From the NCBI GenBank assembly GCA_965200155.1, contig CBDATR010000024.1, positions 320,001-384,000 of the forward strand: a stretch of 64,000 bases of DNA. Reading direction: 5' to 3'. The translations under genes and the position numbers were made by a program. Origin of the DNA: Nitrosopumilaceae archaeon. Its GTDB lineage: Archaea > Thermoproteota > Nitrososphaeria > Nitrososphaerales > Nitrosopumilaceae. The notes under the pieces were generated by a model, which was given only the letters and a program-made list of their open reading frames with translations, did no database searches and was not told the origin of the DNA. Shown here one piece after another: positions 1 to 10,458 of the stretch; the first letter of the stretch is position 1, and every line of letters starts with the position of its first letter.

Positions 1-1199
1 CCGTCTGTGTCCTGATAATTCTCTATTATGGCGACCATGGTGCGGGTGGTGGCCACCAGTGTACTGTTGAGTGTATGCAAGTACTTGGGCTTGTCGTTAG
101 TATGGTCTCTATACCTTATCATGAGTCTGCGCGCCTGATACTCCGTACAATTGGAACAGGATACTGCCTCGCGATACGCCGACTGGCCTGCCATCCATAC
201 CTCTATGTCGTAGGTTTTGGCTGACACTTTGCCCATGTCGCCGGTTGATAGTAGCATAGTCCGGTAAGATAGCCCTAATCCTTCGTAGAATGACTGAGAT
301 ATCTCCAACATTCTCTGGTGCTCCAGCCATGAATCCTGAGGCCGTGCATATACAAACTGCTCCACTTTGTCAAACTGGTGTACCCGGAATATTCCTTTTT
401 GGTCCCGCCCGTGAGCTCCTGCCTCCTTCCTAAAGCACGGACTCACGCCTGCATATCTTATGGGGAGGCTGTCGCCCTCAATTATCTCGTCCGCATGCAT
501 GGCAGCCATGGCGTGCTCCGAGGTTCCTATCATGTATAGGTCCTCATCCTGTATCTTGTATATTACATCCTCAAAATCCTCCGCTATTACAGCTCCCTCC
601 ATGGCTTGGCGGTTTATCATGTATGGTGGTTGTACTAGTGTGTATCCGGCCGCGGCCAAGTGGTCCAGGGCATAGCGTATGAGTGACTGGTTTAGTATGA
701 CCAGGCCATCCTTGATGTAGTAGAATCGTGATCCAGACACCTTGGCCGCCCTCTCCATGTCCAGCAAGCCCGCCTGCTCCACCACATCCACATGACTCTT
801 GGATGGGGGCGTTATCCGGCCCCAGCATCTTACCTGAGTGTTGGCCGTATCATCGGGACCGACGGGTACCGAGTCGTGTACCATGTTTGGGATGGCGCGG
901 ATCATTCTGTGATATGTCTCCTCATTGGCCTTCTGGTCCGCTTCCTGCTCGTCTAGCTCACGTGAGATATCTCCCATCTCAGATATTGCATTTGACGCAT
1001 CACCGCCGGTTTTTTTCAGGGTGGCTATAGTTCTACCATACTGGTTACGTTTCTGGCGTAACACGTCAATTTTGGATATGTGAGTCCTGCGCATCTCTTC
1101 ATACTTTGCCAACTTGTCTAAATCATAATCAGTACCGCGATTTTGTAGCATGACTCTTACAGACTGGAGATTATCTCGTATGATGTGGGGGTCTATCAT
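1..1199 (-). CDS. serS: Seryl-tRNA synthetase (runs off the left edge)
   Basis: Manual translation: MIDPHIIRDN...GTSEH...CFRKEAGAHGRDQKGIFRVHQFDKVEQF...YREAVSCSNCTEYQARR...HTLNST (class II SerRS motifs). ATG at 1199 overlaps the pcc1 stop. Absent from the ORF track because its stop lies outside the window. Confidence 0.95.
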   Translation of the reverse strand, partial: MIDPHIIRDNLQSVRVMLQNRGTDYDLDKLAKYEEMRRTHISKIDVLRQKRNQYGRTIATLKKTGGDASNAISEMGDISRELDEQEADQKANEETYHRMIRAIPNMVHDSVPVGPDDTANTQVRCWGRITPPSKSHVDVVEQAGLLDMERAAKVSGSRFYYIKDGLVILNQSLIRYALDHLAAAGYTLVQPPYMINRQAMEGAVIAEDFEDVIYKIQDEDLYMIGTSEHAMAAMHADEIIEGDSLPIRYAGVSPCFRKEAGAHGRDQKGIFRVHQFDKVEQFVYARPQDSWLEHQRMLEISQSFYEGLGLSYRTMLLSTGDMGKVSAKTYDIEVWMAGQSAYREAVSCSNCTEYQARRLMIRYRDHTNDKPKYLHTLNSTLVATTRTMVAIIENYQDTD

Positions 1200-1432
1200 T
1201 GCTGGACTACCTCCAGCATTACTTGAGCGTGTGATAATATTTCATCTACAGTACCTATGACCTGAGATATCTCCCCGGATATGGATACTGTGCCTATGTC
1301 GCCACTTGTGTGGGTGGTGATCTCCATTCCTGGCGGTATGTCTACATTATCCGGTTCCAGAGACTTTTGTATTGCATCAAGCCTCTTGTGGTCTATCTCT
1401 AGACTAATCTGAACTTTACACGCTATTGACAT
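1196..1432 (-). CDS. pcc1: KEOPS complex subunit Pcc1-like
   Basis: 78 aa with SLEPDN motif, in the conserved archaeal rps15-DHH-pcc1-serS order. Confidence 0.8.
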   Translation of the reverse strand: MSIACKVQISLEIDHKRLDAIQKSLEPDNVDIPPGMEITTHTSGDIGTVSISGEISQVIGTVDEILSHAQVMLEVVQQ

Positions 1433-2810
1433 CCGCTTCCAAAAAGTCCAGAAATTCGTCTAATTTGTCTTTGCCTATGCGGGCACCGGCTGCCATGTCG
1501 TGGCCGCCACTGACGCCCCCGAGCCTCTCGGTCCCCTTGCCCATCAGCGCACTGAGACTGGTCGGTTCGTTACAATCCCGGGCTTTGCGGGCAGAGAATT
1601 TTACAGTATTCATGTCTCCGTGAGTGTATAGTATGATAACCTTGCCTGTATGTTTGGGCGAGCTAGCTATCATGGATGCTATGGTGCCTGTCATGGTCTC
1701 CGGCAATATATCCTCGGCATTTACTATGACTGCGTTCCCCCTGGTGACAGTGCGCCATCTATCATTGGATATTATGCTCATGTACTTTCGTATGTTGCCT
1801 CTATACTTCTTTAGTATGCTCTCTGCATCCACTAATGCTTGTCCCCTGTCTCCCATGCATATGGCCATTCCGATGCTGGCTCTTCCTATACGGCCGCACG
1901 AGTTTAGCATGGTGCCAAATTCGCGGCAGTCTCGAAGGAAACTGCCTTCTTCCTCCCCTGTTATGGTGTATGTGTGCCCTATCATCTCGGCCACTGCATC
2001 ACTTACGCCCTGGCCTGGTGCATACTTGGCTATGGCCTCTATAATGGAAGTCTTCTCGTCCTGGGATAATTCCGCAGGCACGCGCCACCGACCCTTCTCT
2101 TTTAGACTTATTCCAGCCTGAGCCAGCAGGGTTGCGCAGCTTCCTCGTTCCCAGGTTATGCCCTTTATGTAAGGCTGTGATGTGTATGCTAGGGCATCCG
2201 CTATCGGTCTTGTCTCTCTTCCATAGAGCAATAAATCAAGTTCTACGGAGAGTAGGTCCAGATCTTTGGCGGCATTGACTATCTCCTTATTTTTACCGGT
2301 TAGGGCTCTACCATCTCCCTGGTCTTGCCTATCGCCTAACGCGGCTACTACTGCTATGGGTGCAAGATCCTCGTTCTGTCTGTCCAGTGCGGTAGCGGCA
2401 AGGTACGTCATGCCACCCGCGGATATTGCTGTACCTCCGTCTATTCCATACTTCCATGCATTTATTACGCGTTCATTGTCTTTCTCTGATTCTGATATGT
2501 GGTGGTGGTCCAAAACAAGCCATCTATCATCCAGATTACGATCTAGGTCTTCTGCAAATCCTGAACCAAGGTCTGTCACTATGTTGAATGTGTGTTTGTC
2601 TTTACCCAAATCCTCTGCCACTTTGGTGCTGAACTCCGCGGATGATCTCAGCGTGCATACACATCCCGCTCTGATCAGGGCCTTAGCGATAATGGCCCCC
2701 GATGCCAAACCATCACAGTCCATATGCGTGATTACTAATACGGGCTTATTGCCCTTGATACACTCGGTTATGTTATCAACAAATAATGATAGCGAATTTT
2801 CTAGGTTCAT
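1416..2810 (-). CDS. DHH/DHHA1 phosphoesterase, archaeal RecJ-like
   Basis: HMDCDG, TDLG, LDHH and GGHDMAAG motifs. Confidence 0.9.
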   Translation of the reverse strand: MNLENSLSLFVDNITECIKGNKPVLVITHMDCDGLASGAIIAKALIRAGCVCTLRSSAEFSTKVAEDLGKDKHTFNIVTDLGSGFAEDLDRNLDDRWLVLDHHHISESEKDNERVINAWKYGIDGGTAISAGGMTYLAATALDRQNEDLAPIAVVAALGDRQDQGDGRALTGKNKEIVNAAKDLDLLSVELDLLLYGRETRPIADALAYTSQPYIKGITWERGSCATLLAQAGISLKEKGRWRVPAELSQDEKTSIIEAIAKYAPGQGVSDAVAEMIGHTYTITGEEEGSFLRDCREFGTMLNSCGRIGRASIGMAICMGDRGQALVDAESILKKYRGNIRKYMSIISNDRWRTVTRGNAVIVNAEDILPETMTGTIASMIASSPKHTGKVIILYTHGDMNTVKFSARKARDCNEPTSLSALMGKGTERLGGVSGGHDMAAGARIGKDKLDEFLDFLEADVNSV

Positions 2811-3256
2811 TCCAGCTGTGCAACAACAGATTTGTACTTCCAGTTCTGAGGTATGCGACCTGTTCTTTTATAGTACACAGACAGACGGTGTACCTTGGCC
2901 TCTATCAGCTCCAAGGATCTAACGTTGCGTCTATCGCCCCTGTTGTCCTTTAGGTGCCTTTGGAGACCTACGGCCTTTCTGACAATATTATTCAGATCTT
3001 CTGGCATATCTGGACGCATATCGTTCTGATCCAATATGTCACCTACAGTCTTACCTGTTATGGGCTTGACTAGGGGTATGGCGTGCTGATCACGAAGTTT
3101 TATCCCTATCTGGCTAGGTGTGAGACCCTCTTTTGCATACCTGATTACTAGCTCTTCTACCTGTTTTGGGGTGTGGGCTAGCCATTGCGGTATTATTACC
3201 TCCACGGGTCGGCTGGAGTGTGACTTGCCGTGCCTGTGTGTATGCATCCTTCCCAT
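2807..3256 (-). CDS. rps15: 30S ribosomal protein uS15 (S15p/S13e)
   Basis: MGRMHTHRHGKSHSSRP...LELIEAKVHRLSVYYK. True start at 3256 (149 aa), not 3400. Confidence 0.97.
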   Translation of the reverse strand: MGRMHTHRHGKSHSSRPVEVIIPQWLAHTPKQVEELVIRYAKEGLTPSQIGIKLRDQHAIPLVKPITGKTVGDILDQNDMRPDMPEDLNNIVRKAVGLQRHLKDNRGDRRNVRSLELIEAKVHRLSVYYKRTGRIPQNWKYKSVVAQLE

Positions 3257-3520
3257 AATGTAAAGAATTGATACTGTAAAATTAAACGTTTGTGCCTGTG
3301 TGCGGGTATCTGTTTTTGTCCAAACAACGCTTTCTTCAGTGGTATCTGTCGCCAGCCCGCTCCTGGCAATGACTGATGTCATGTAAATGATGGGCGACAT
3401 AACATGCGTTGCCGTTGTGGGTACTCTTCTGGATGTGACTGGCCATTGCCCACATACTGGCGGGAAATTAATGCATGTACGCAGCTAACCGAGCATGCTT
3501 ATAAAATTAAAGAAAAGGGA

Positions 3521-4171
3521 TTAATCCCACTTGGACCAAGCTGCCATCCATCTGTACGTCCATGTATTCAGTTTACAGCCCAGCGCAGCCATGGTTACAG
3601 ATAATACTGCACCAGCTCCTGCACCAAGCGCTACCGGACTATTGTAGAACTTTCCTACCTGCGGTTCAATGGGCGTCATATATGGAGGTAATGTAGGTCT
3701 CGGATACTTGAATGCTGTTTCAAGCGGGTCCGCCACTGTAATCAAGTTCACCATGTTGAACAAAGGCAGGGACATTCCTACCAAAACACCGCCGAATAGT
3801 ATCAAGCTATGTTTGTTCTTTTTGGTGGCCCAGTATACCAAGTCGAGTAACATACCCGACGGTAGCCAGACTGGCGTCACTATGAAGTCGTATGGATACC
3901 CCAGTGCAAACCATGCACCTTTTGCTACCCACGTATAGACTGTCAGGATGAGACAATAATACGTAGCAGTTCCCGGTACCCCAGTAAACGTCAAGTAATA
4001 CGTTGCACCTACTACAAGCATTAGTGTTTGAGATATTGAGAAGATTACGTAAGATGTCCATGCCCAATCTGTGTAGAAGATATAGTCACCAGCATTGATT
4101 GTCAAAAGTGTAGAGTTTACAGCAACAACCACTATGAACAAGTAATGGGTACATCGTCTAAGCCATACCAT
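3521..4171 (-). CDS. amoA: Archaeal ammonia monooxygenase subunit A
   Basis: MVWLRRCTHYLFIVVVAVNSTLLTINAGDYIFYTDWAWTS...KLNTWTYRWMAAWSKWD, 216 aa. Confidence 0.99.
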   Translation of the reverse strand: MVWLRRCTHYLFIVVVAVNSTLLTINAGDYIFYTDWAWTSYVIFSISQTLMLVVGATYYLTFTGVPGTATYYCLILTVYTWVAKGAWFALGYPYDFIVTPVWLPSGMLLDLVYWATKKNKHSLILFGGVLVGMSLPLFNMVNLITVADPLETAFKYPRPTLPPYMTPIEPQVGKFYNSPVALGAGAGAVLSVTMAALGCKLNTWTYRWMAAWSKWD

Positions 4172-4189
4172 TGTTCTAAATTGCAATTC

Positions 4190-4210
4190 AACATATATAA
4201 AAATTTTTTA
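4190..4210 (-). promoter_or_regulatory. Putative BRE/TATA box of amoA
   Basis: Minus strand reads TAAAAAATTTTTATATATG about 25 nt upstream of the ATG. Confidence 0.6.
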
Positions 4211-4303
4211 TCGGTGTTGGTACCAGATCGCATATTGCCTGACTCCGTACACTATCTTATGGCATTAAACAAATGTCTTTTCATGGCGCCTTGCAAGTGA
4301 GAC

Positions 4304-4395
4304 GTATGAGTTCACCTATGTCTAAATTTACACATAACTGATCGCGACAGTTAATGTGATTTGTGCATAAGATTCCGGAAGACGTGAACTCATAC
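4304..4395. mobile_element. 92-bp MITE family A (IS66-type ends)
   Basis: TIR GTATGAGTTCAC...GTGAACTCATAC, with 8-bp flanks AGTGAGAC/AGTGATAC. Confidence 0.9.
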
Positions 4396-4556
4396 AGTGA
4401 TACAGTATCCACGCGGACATCAAAGCCGCGTAGTGACCGATTCTCTGTATGGTACAGCTGATCTAACAGAACGCGTAGTGACAAGTCATCCTTACAGGAC
4501 CCGGTATGGAGGGACCATGAAATACCATATCAAGACTTGTGGCTACCCTCATCTAA

Positions 4557-5490
4557 TGTAATGTATGAAAAGTCGGTCCGCTAGTCATTGGTATCTCGCT
4601 CCATCCATTTTGTATCATTTGCTCTAATTGTCTGGGTCGCCTTTTTATTCCTGGAGTGGTGTTTCACCGTTATCTATATCCAGTGAGAAGTGCAATCTTC
4701 TCTCATTGTAGTAGTCGATATAATCCCGGAGACTGTCATAATGCCATATCACATCCTCAATCATTCCATGGAAGCGCTCCAGTTTGCCATTTGTCTGCGG
4801 GTGGTATGGCCTGGAATTGATTAGTATGATGTCTTGATCCAGCAGTTCTTCCTAGAATAGCGTGTGTTTCCAGTTCTTTTTGCCCTTTTATTGTCCTGCG
4901 AGACACGCGCCGTTATCCAAGATGCAGGGGCGCCGAATCGTTTCATTGCCAGTCTCAGTAATAGAACGGTGTTCTCTGAGGTTGCATGCTAGAATAGTGC
5001 CGCTCCGACGATGCACCTAGATGCATCATCTATGAGATTCAGTCCCCTGAAGCGCTCATCTTTCATTACATGCCAGTGCCACATTGCATTGGAATATTTA
5101 CGCTCATAGCGTACCCACTCTGACTTTGCAGGTGATGATCCTGCCGTACCGTTCTTTTTCATTATGCGATATACTGCGCGATATATTGTAATTCTGTCTA
5201 AGCCTCTTTGCAATACGTACTACTCCGGCGGGATCCTTGCCGTATGTTTCAGTTACCATTCGTATCTGGGTGGCGGTGATTGGTATCATGGGCCTGCCCA
5301 TCTTTACTCGAGTCGTTCCCGTCCTCTGGTTCACAATCTTTGTACGTGTCTTGTCTCAGGTCTTGAGCTATTTTGGTGACAGCAACACCTCTTTTGTCTT
5401 GATTCCTCTGTTATTCTCTTTACCATATGGCTTGTGCAATCTGAACTACTGTACGCCGGATCTAAGCGGACTTACTTTTCGTACTATTGA
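4557..5490 (-). mobile_element. IS481-family element with frameshifted transposase
   Basis: WVRYERKYSNAMWH, IDDASR, HPQTNGKLERFH and YYNE motifs; ~27-bp imperfect TIRs; 15-bp direct repeat GCTACCCTCATCTAA at 4542-4556 and 5491-5505. Confidence 0.9.
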
Positions 5491-5539
5491 GCTACCCTCA
5501 TCTAACACAAGCTATATTCTAGTGCATATTTGCTATTGT

Positions 5540-6391
5540 ATGATTATGTGCAGTAGTAGGCCGCGAATATCACCCATAGTCAAATGGGCCGGTGGCAAGG
5601 CAAGACTGGCAGATACGTTGCTTGGAATGCTGCCAGACCGTTTTGATACATATCATGAACCGTTCGTAGGCGGCGGCTCTATGCTGTTTAGGCTTATTCA
5701 GAAACAAACTAGCCTATTGTGTTACGCTTCTGACATGAATCAAGAATTGATCATAACCTACGAATGCGTCAGAGATGATCTGGAACAATTACTGGAACTA
5801 TTGCAGGCCCATAAACGCGCATTCATGGACAATCGGGAAGAGTACTATTATGATGTCCGTGCCCAGAATCCCTCCAATCGTGTGGAGATAGCTGCTAGAC
5901 TCCTATTTCTGAACAAAACCTGCTTTAATGGACTGTATAGGGTGAATGGTAGGGGTCAGTTTAACGTACCAATGGGCAGTTACCAGAATCCGGATATAGT
6001 GCGCGAGAAGAATCTTCGCAAGATGAGCCATTTTCTGAATAGTTGCAACTGCTCCTTTCAGGCTGCGGATTTTGAGACTGCGTTGGATTATGTAGAACCT
6101 GGCAGCTTTGTATATCTTGATCCACCATACCAGCCCATATCCAAGAACAGCTTTACTACGTACACTTACCCAGATTTTCCTTACGATGATCTGTGTAGAC
6201 TTGCTCGCGTATGCTGGAACTTGGATGCCAGTGGTTGCTATGTGATGCTCTCAAACTCTTGCTCGGAGAAAGTAAAACAACTATTCTCCGAAAATCCTTG
6301 GCATACTACATCATTGAAGGTTCATCGTATGATAAATTCTGATGGTTCCAACCGCACTGGGCACTGTGATTTGCTAATACGAAATTATTAG
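5540..6391 (+). CDS. Dam-family (D12 class) DNA N6-adenine methyltransferase, orphan
   Basis: KWAGGK, EPFVGGGS, FNGLYRVN..FNVP and YLDPPY motifs. The upstream part of the tracked ORF (from 5237) is IS sequence. Confidence 0.93.
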   Translation: MIMCSSRPRISPIVKWAGGKARLADTLLGMLPDRFDTYHEPFVGGGSMLFRLIQKQTSLLCYASDMNQELIITYECVRDDLEQLLELLQAHKRAFMDNREEYYYDVRAQNPSNRVEIAARLLFLNKTCFNGLYRVNGRGQFNVPMGSYQNPDIVREKNLRKMSHFLNSCNCSFQAADFETALDYVEPGSFVYLDPPYQPISKNSFTTYTYPDFPYDDLCRLARVCWNLDASGCYVMLSNSCSEKVKQLFSENPWHTTSLKVHRMINSDGSNRTGHCDLLIRNY

Positions 6392-6589
6392 GAATGCTTG
6401 TGTCTTTGCATAAAGCGCCTAGCTGCCATGTTGTGGAAGTATTACTCGCTCACTGGTCTGCAACCATGAAGCATTGTGTACAGAGACAAACTCATACACT
6501 GCGCAACCAGTGTTGACCAAATGAGCGTGTCACCTCTGTGAATCCATTTTTCAGTTCCAATTATATATCACAGACGATAAATCAGCAAT

Positions 6590-6688
6590 GCAGGGATATC
6601 GAAGCTCGGTCAACCGAGAAGGACTCAAGATCAATCATAAGAGATCCTTTCCCTCAGGGGTTCGTGGGTTCGAATCCCACTCCCTGCA
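6590..6688 (+). tRNA. tRNA-Leu(CAA) with ~14-nt canonical intron
   Basis: GCAGGGA...AAGGA CT CAA G[ATCAATCATAAGAG]A TCCTT, long variable arm, GTGGGTTCGAATCCCAC TCCCTGCA. Confidence 0.93.
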
Positions 6689-6706
6689 TTTGTATAGTAC
6701 AAGAGA

Positions 6707-6815
6707 GGTGTATAACAGTCACGCAACGGCGGTGTTCTTTACTGGCCACCAAGTCACTGGATGCCATAAGGGAGATGCGGTGTATAACAGTCACGCAACG
6801 GCGGTGTTCTTTACT
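6707..6815. repeat. Exact 37-bp direct repeat x2 separated by a 35-bp unique insert (CRISPR-like mini-array)
   Basis: GGTGTATAACAGTCACGCAACGGCGGTGTTCTTTACT at 6707-6743 and 6779-6815. Confidence 0.9.
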
Positions 6816-6970
6816 CTGGTTACCGGATGATTTGTAATGCTGTCGTGCATTTGGGCGGTTTCTTTGTCATTAAAGTACAGACTACACCTGAAGCATACCC
6901 ATCTGTTGGCCATACTATATGTATGCTGTAATCATTATTAAGACTGGTGTATGATTAGTCGTCGCACTAT

Positions 6971-7297
6971 CTATCTTATCCTGCTACCCATCGGTACTTC
7001 CGAGGACACATCCAGCCAAAAGGGCTTCTCGTCGGCGTCTGCAGCTAGCAACATTGCCTGCGATTCTATCCCCGCAACTTTGCGATGCTCTAGGTTTGCA
7101 AGCACAATCACGGTGCGTCCTGTCATCTCTTCTGGAGTGTAATACTGGGCCCCACCTATTACAACGGTGCGGGTCTCACCGCCCAGGTCTATCACACCCT
7201 GCATTATACGCGTCCGCCCCGGTATATTCTGCGCAGAGACTACTTTGGCTACTCGAATGTCCAATTTAGTAAAATCCTCGTATGAAATTTCTTCCAC
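6971..7297 (-). CDS. tRNA-binding OB-fold protein (Trbp111/CsaA/MetG C-terminal-like)
   Basis: ISYEDFTKLDIRVAKV...VLANLEHRKVAGIESQAMLL. Confidence 0.9.
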   Translation of the reverse strand: MEEISYEDFTKLDIRVAKVVSAQNIPGRTRIMQGVIDLGGETRTVVIGGAQYYTPEEMTGRTVIVLANLEHRKVAGIESQAMLLAADADEKPFWLDVSSEVPMGSRIR

Positions 7298-7696
7298 AAT
7301 GCCAACCGTATAGTGCTTGTATTATATTTTTAGTGCCGCGATGGAAGAATGGTACCGGCCATTGGAACTGGAGTTACGGTTCCGGATTTTAGGCAGGATA
7401 CCCACCACGGCATATTTGTATGAACATACATGCAATATATACTAGTGTGGGATTTGTTGGCAAACAGTTTTCACTTGTACCGGAGCTTAATCCTCATTTT
7501 ATATGGACATTCGTGTCATGTGTGCGCCGTGTTTGGCAGCACGAGCTGACGCTTTGACTGGATTCATGTTCCCACTTGCCTTATCTTACTACGATCCTGT
7601 TGAATGGCCCATTCTTGTTACGGGCATACTGTAGCGTGTTACAGAGGGCGTGACTGCCATCTATGATTAAAAACGCATAAACGGCCAAACTACAAT

Positions 7697-7898
7697 GTAA
7701 CCGATAGGTCGCCCAAGTAATTTTCCCTAATACTGACAAGGTAGAGACTAATCCTGTTATTTTACTACACAGCATTTGTATAAAAGGCAGTCAACATACG
7801 TTAGTGGCAGTGAGGCTTATTCCCTACCAGTTTGTTTGCACTTACCGGATTTTATGTCATGAAAACACGCCTCAATTTGGAGCGACCTAATCAGTCAC
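7697..7898. mobile_element. ~200-bp MITE family B (IS66-type ends)
   Basis: Ends GTAACCGATAGGTCGCCCAA / TTGGAGCGACCTAATCAGTCAC; internally similar to copies at 11375 and 22524. Confidence 0.8.
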
Positions 7899-7951
7899 AA
7901 CTATGATCGGGTTTTGATTTATATTTATGATTACGTCTCAAGCCGCCATAT

Positions 7952-9985
7952 ATGATAGCTGAAATGCTTCCAATCGGTGCCGGAATTGCATCAATATTGG
8001 TCGCAGTAGGCTTGGTTGCGTGGATATCAAAGCAGAACCCCGGAACACCTAAAATGCTGGAAATCTCCGAGGCTGTACGGGTAGGGGCTGCGGCATTTTT
8101 GCGCCGAGAGATGAAGATTATAATCCCTGTGGCCATAGGCTTGTCTGTAATAATAGGTGCCTTTCTGAACTACACCAATGGCATAGCATTTGCGGTGGGG
8201 GCCGCCCTGTCTGCTGTAGCCGGATTAATATCGCTAAAGATAACGGTAAAGGCCGCTGTACGGGCAGCCAACATGAGTGGCGAGGGACTTGGTAAAACTT
8301 TTGCCATGGCTTTTAGGGGTGGCGCCACTGTGGGTCTCATAATACCAGCCATGGCGTTACTGGCCATAACTGGACTGTACATAGCATTCCCGGATCCTAT
8401 TACAATAGCTGGGGTAGGCATAGGCGCAAGCTTGATCGCCTTGTTCATACGCATTGGTGGGGGCATATTCACAAAGGCTGCCGATATGGGGGCAGACTTG
8501 GTGGGAAAGGTGGAGGCAAACATACCTGAGGATGATCCGCGTAACCCCGCTACCATAGCTGATAATGTGGGCGATAATGTGGGCGATGCCGCAGGCATGG
8601 GTTCGGACGTTTATGAGTCGTATATAGTCACTATATTGGCATCCTTGCTGATAGCTGCACTTATCGGGGCACCGGATATTTTCCTGTACCCTATAATGGT
8701 AGGTGCCGCAGGCATGATAGCATCCATAGTGGGTGTGGTTATGGTCAGGGGCAACAATATTACAGACGTCATGTCGCCGCTAAATCGTGCATTCTATGTA
8801 TCGGCGGCCATAGCCATAGCACTTAACTTTGTCTTTATTACACAATTTGTCGGTGGTGATGCCACATACGCGCTGTTTGGTGCCACTGTGATCGGTGTGA
8901 TTTTGGTGCCTGTGATTCAAAAGATTACGGACAGGTACACCAGCTACAAATTTGGACCGGTTAACGAGATAGCAGAATCGGCCAAGTGGGGTTATGCGTC
9001 ACTAACACTGATGGGAATAATCAAGGGGTTGCAGTCCACCGGTCCATTCATGATAGCCTTGGTATCTGCCATCATTATCTCATTTGCTATATCTGCCACC
9101 GCAGCCCCTGAAGGAGCAGACCCGCTACTGTACGGGATATTTGGCACATCACTCACCGCCATGGCCATGCTGAGTCTGGCAGGAATAGTACTTAGTATAG
9201 ATGCCTTCGGCCCCATAGCGGACAACGCGGGAGGGATAGTGGAGATGACCGGCATGGGAGAATCAAATCGTAAGGTCACCGATGAGATTGATGCTGTGGG
9301 CAATACAACCAAGGCTGTTACAAAGGGCTTTGCTATCGCCAGTGCAGCCTTGGCAGCCTTGGCAATGATACAAGCCTTCCAGTTTGAAGCAGCTCATGTA
9401 TTTGAGGGGATGTTGAGTCTGGATTACTCGCTAACAAATCCGGCCGTAGTCATAGGTCTTATAGTTGGGGGGCTGATACCGTTCATTATAACCGGCCAGC
9501 TCATAAACGGTGTCTCGCGCGCGGCAGGCAAGATGGTTGATGAGGTGCGCAGGCAGTTCAAGGAGAATCCTGGCATACTTACAGGCAAAACCAAGCCTGA
9601 TTATGCCAAATGCGTGGACATTGCAACTGTTGCATCAATACGGGAGCTGTGGAAGTCTGCAATTATAGCCATCATATCGCCCATAATATTGGGCATATTG
9701 ATGGGCCCTACCGCGGTGGCCGGACTGCTGATGGGCTCCGTTGTCACTGGAATATTCTTGGCATATCATTTGGCGAATACTGGTGGAGCTTGGGATAATG
9801 CAAAAAAGCTAGTTGAGATGCGTGGCGAGAAAGGCAGTGAACAACACAAGGTAGCAGTAGTGGGAGACATAATCGGAGATCCCTACAAGGATACCGCGGG
9901 ACCGGCGCTTAACACGGTGATTAAGCTCCTGAATACCGTCGCCATTGTATTTGTGCCTGCATTTGTGGCAATCATAATGTTGTAG
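7952..9985 (+). CDS. hppA: Membrane-bound H+-translocating pyrophosphatase (K+-independent type)
   Basis: GGIFTKAADMGADLVGKVE, EDDPRNPA, DNVGDNVGD; GNTTKA lysine signature. Confidence 0.97.
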   Translation: MIAEMLPIGAGIASILVAVGLVAWISKQNPGTPKMLEISEAVRVGAAAFLRREMKIIIPVAIGLSVIIGAFLNYTNGIAFAVGAALSAVAGLISLKITVKAAVRAANMSGEGLGKTFAMAFRGGATVGLIIPAMALLAITGLYIAFPDPITIAGVGIGASLIALFIRIGGGIFTKAADMGADLVGKVEANIPEDDPRNPATIADNVGDNVGDAAGMGSDVYESYIVTILASLLIAALIGAPDIFLYPIMVGAAGMIASIVGVVMVRGNNITDVMSPLNRAFYVSAAIAIALNFVFITQFVGGDATYALFGATVIGVILVPVIQKITDRYTSYKFGPVNEIAESAKWGYASLTLMGIIKGLQSTGPFMIALVSAIIISFAISATAAPEGADPLLYGIFGTSLTAMAMLSLAGIVLSIDAFGPIADNAGGIVEMTGMGESNRKVTDEIDAVGNTTKAVTKGFAIASAALAALAMIQAFQFEAAHVFEGMLSLDYSLTNPAVVIGLIVGGLIPFIITGQLINGVSRAAGKMVDEVRRQFKENPGILTGKTKPDYAKCVDIATVASIRELWKSAIIAIISPIILGILMGPTAVAGLLMGSVVTGIFLAYHLANTGGAWDNAKKLVEMRGEKGSEQHKVAVVGDIIGDPYKDTAGPALNTVIKLLNTVAIVFVPAFVAIIML

Positions 9986-10023
9986 ATTAGTGAGGCAGTG
10001 TCAACATAATGCTGATTGAAGTA

Positions 10024-10428
10024 TCATTGCAGAATCAGACGTATCTCTACTATATGACCATTATGCAGCCATACTCTACATGTATCATTTATGCCAGAGT
10101 ATATTATCCAGGCCACCGGATTTAGGCGCATATACTTCCTGTCGGTTTCAGAAGGTACTGCATCGGAAGTGGGGTGGGAATGAAATATGCCTACCACATC
10201 AAGATCATGTTGTGCGGCGTATATGTACACAGACACTAAATCTTCATCCGATATGGAAAACCTGACGGGCGAGTGAGCGCTGTTAGGCACAATCAGAACT
10301 TTTCTTGTTATCCATACGCTGTCCTTTGTGTCTCCTAGCAGTACTGCGCATGTCTCCATGGGTGCATATGATAGGGCATGTCTTCTGAGCTCATCCAGAC
10401 TACTCTTGTCTATGTATATACCGTTCAT
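10024..10428 (-). CDS. JAMM/MPN+ metalloprotease
   Basis: PMETC...FHSHP...PSETD motif. Confidence 0.9.
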   Translation of the reverse strand: MNGIYIDKSSLDELRRHALSYAPMETCAVLLGDTKDSVWITRKVLIVPNSAHSPVRFSISDEDLVSVYIYAAQHDLDVVGIFHSHPTSDAVPSETDRKYMRLNPVAWIIYSGINDTCRVWLHNGHIVEIRLILQ

Positions 10429-10458
10429 GCCACCGATATCTGTACGTCAGATGTATTC

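Noticed and set aside
109-1030. Short ORFs suggesting a fragmented or pseudogenised region
   Set aside because: They are shadows of serS, whose start and left-edge codons are in the same frame and which continues past the window edge.
5237-5539. Hydrophobic N-terminal extension on the Dam methylase (apparent membrane fusion)
   Set aside because: It is mostly antisense IS481 sequence; the same text recurs at 63165-63386.
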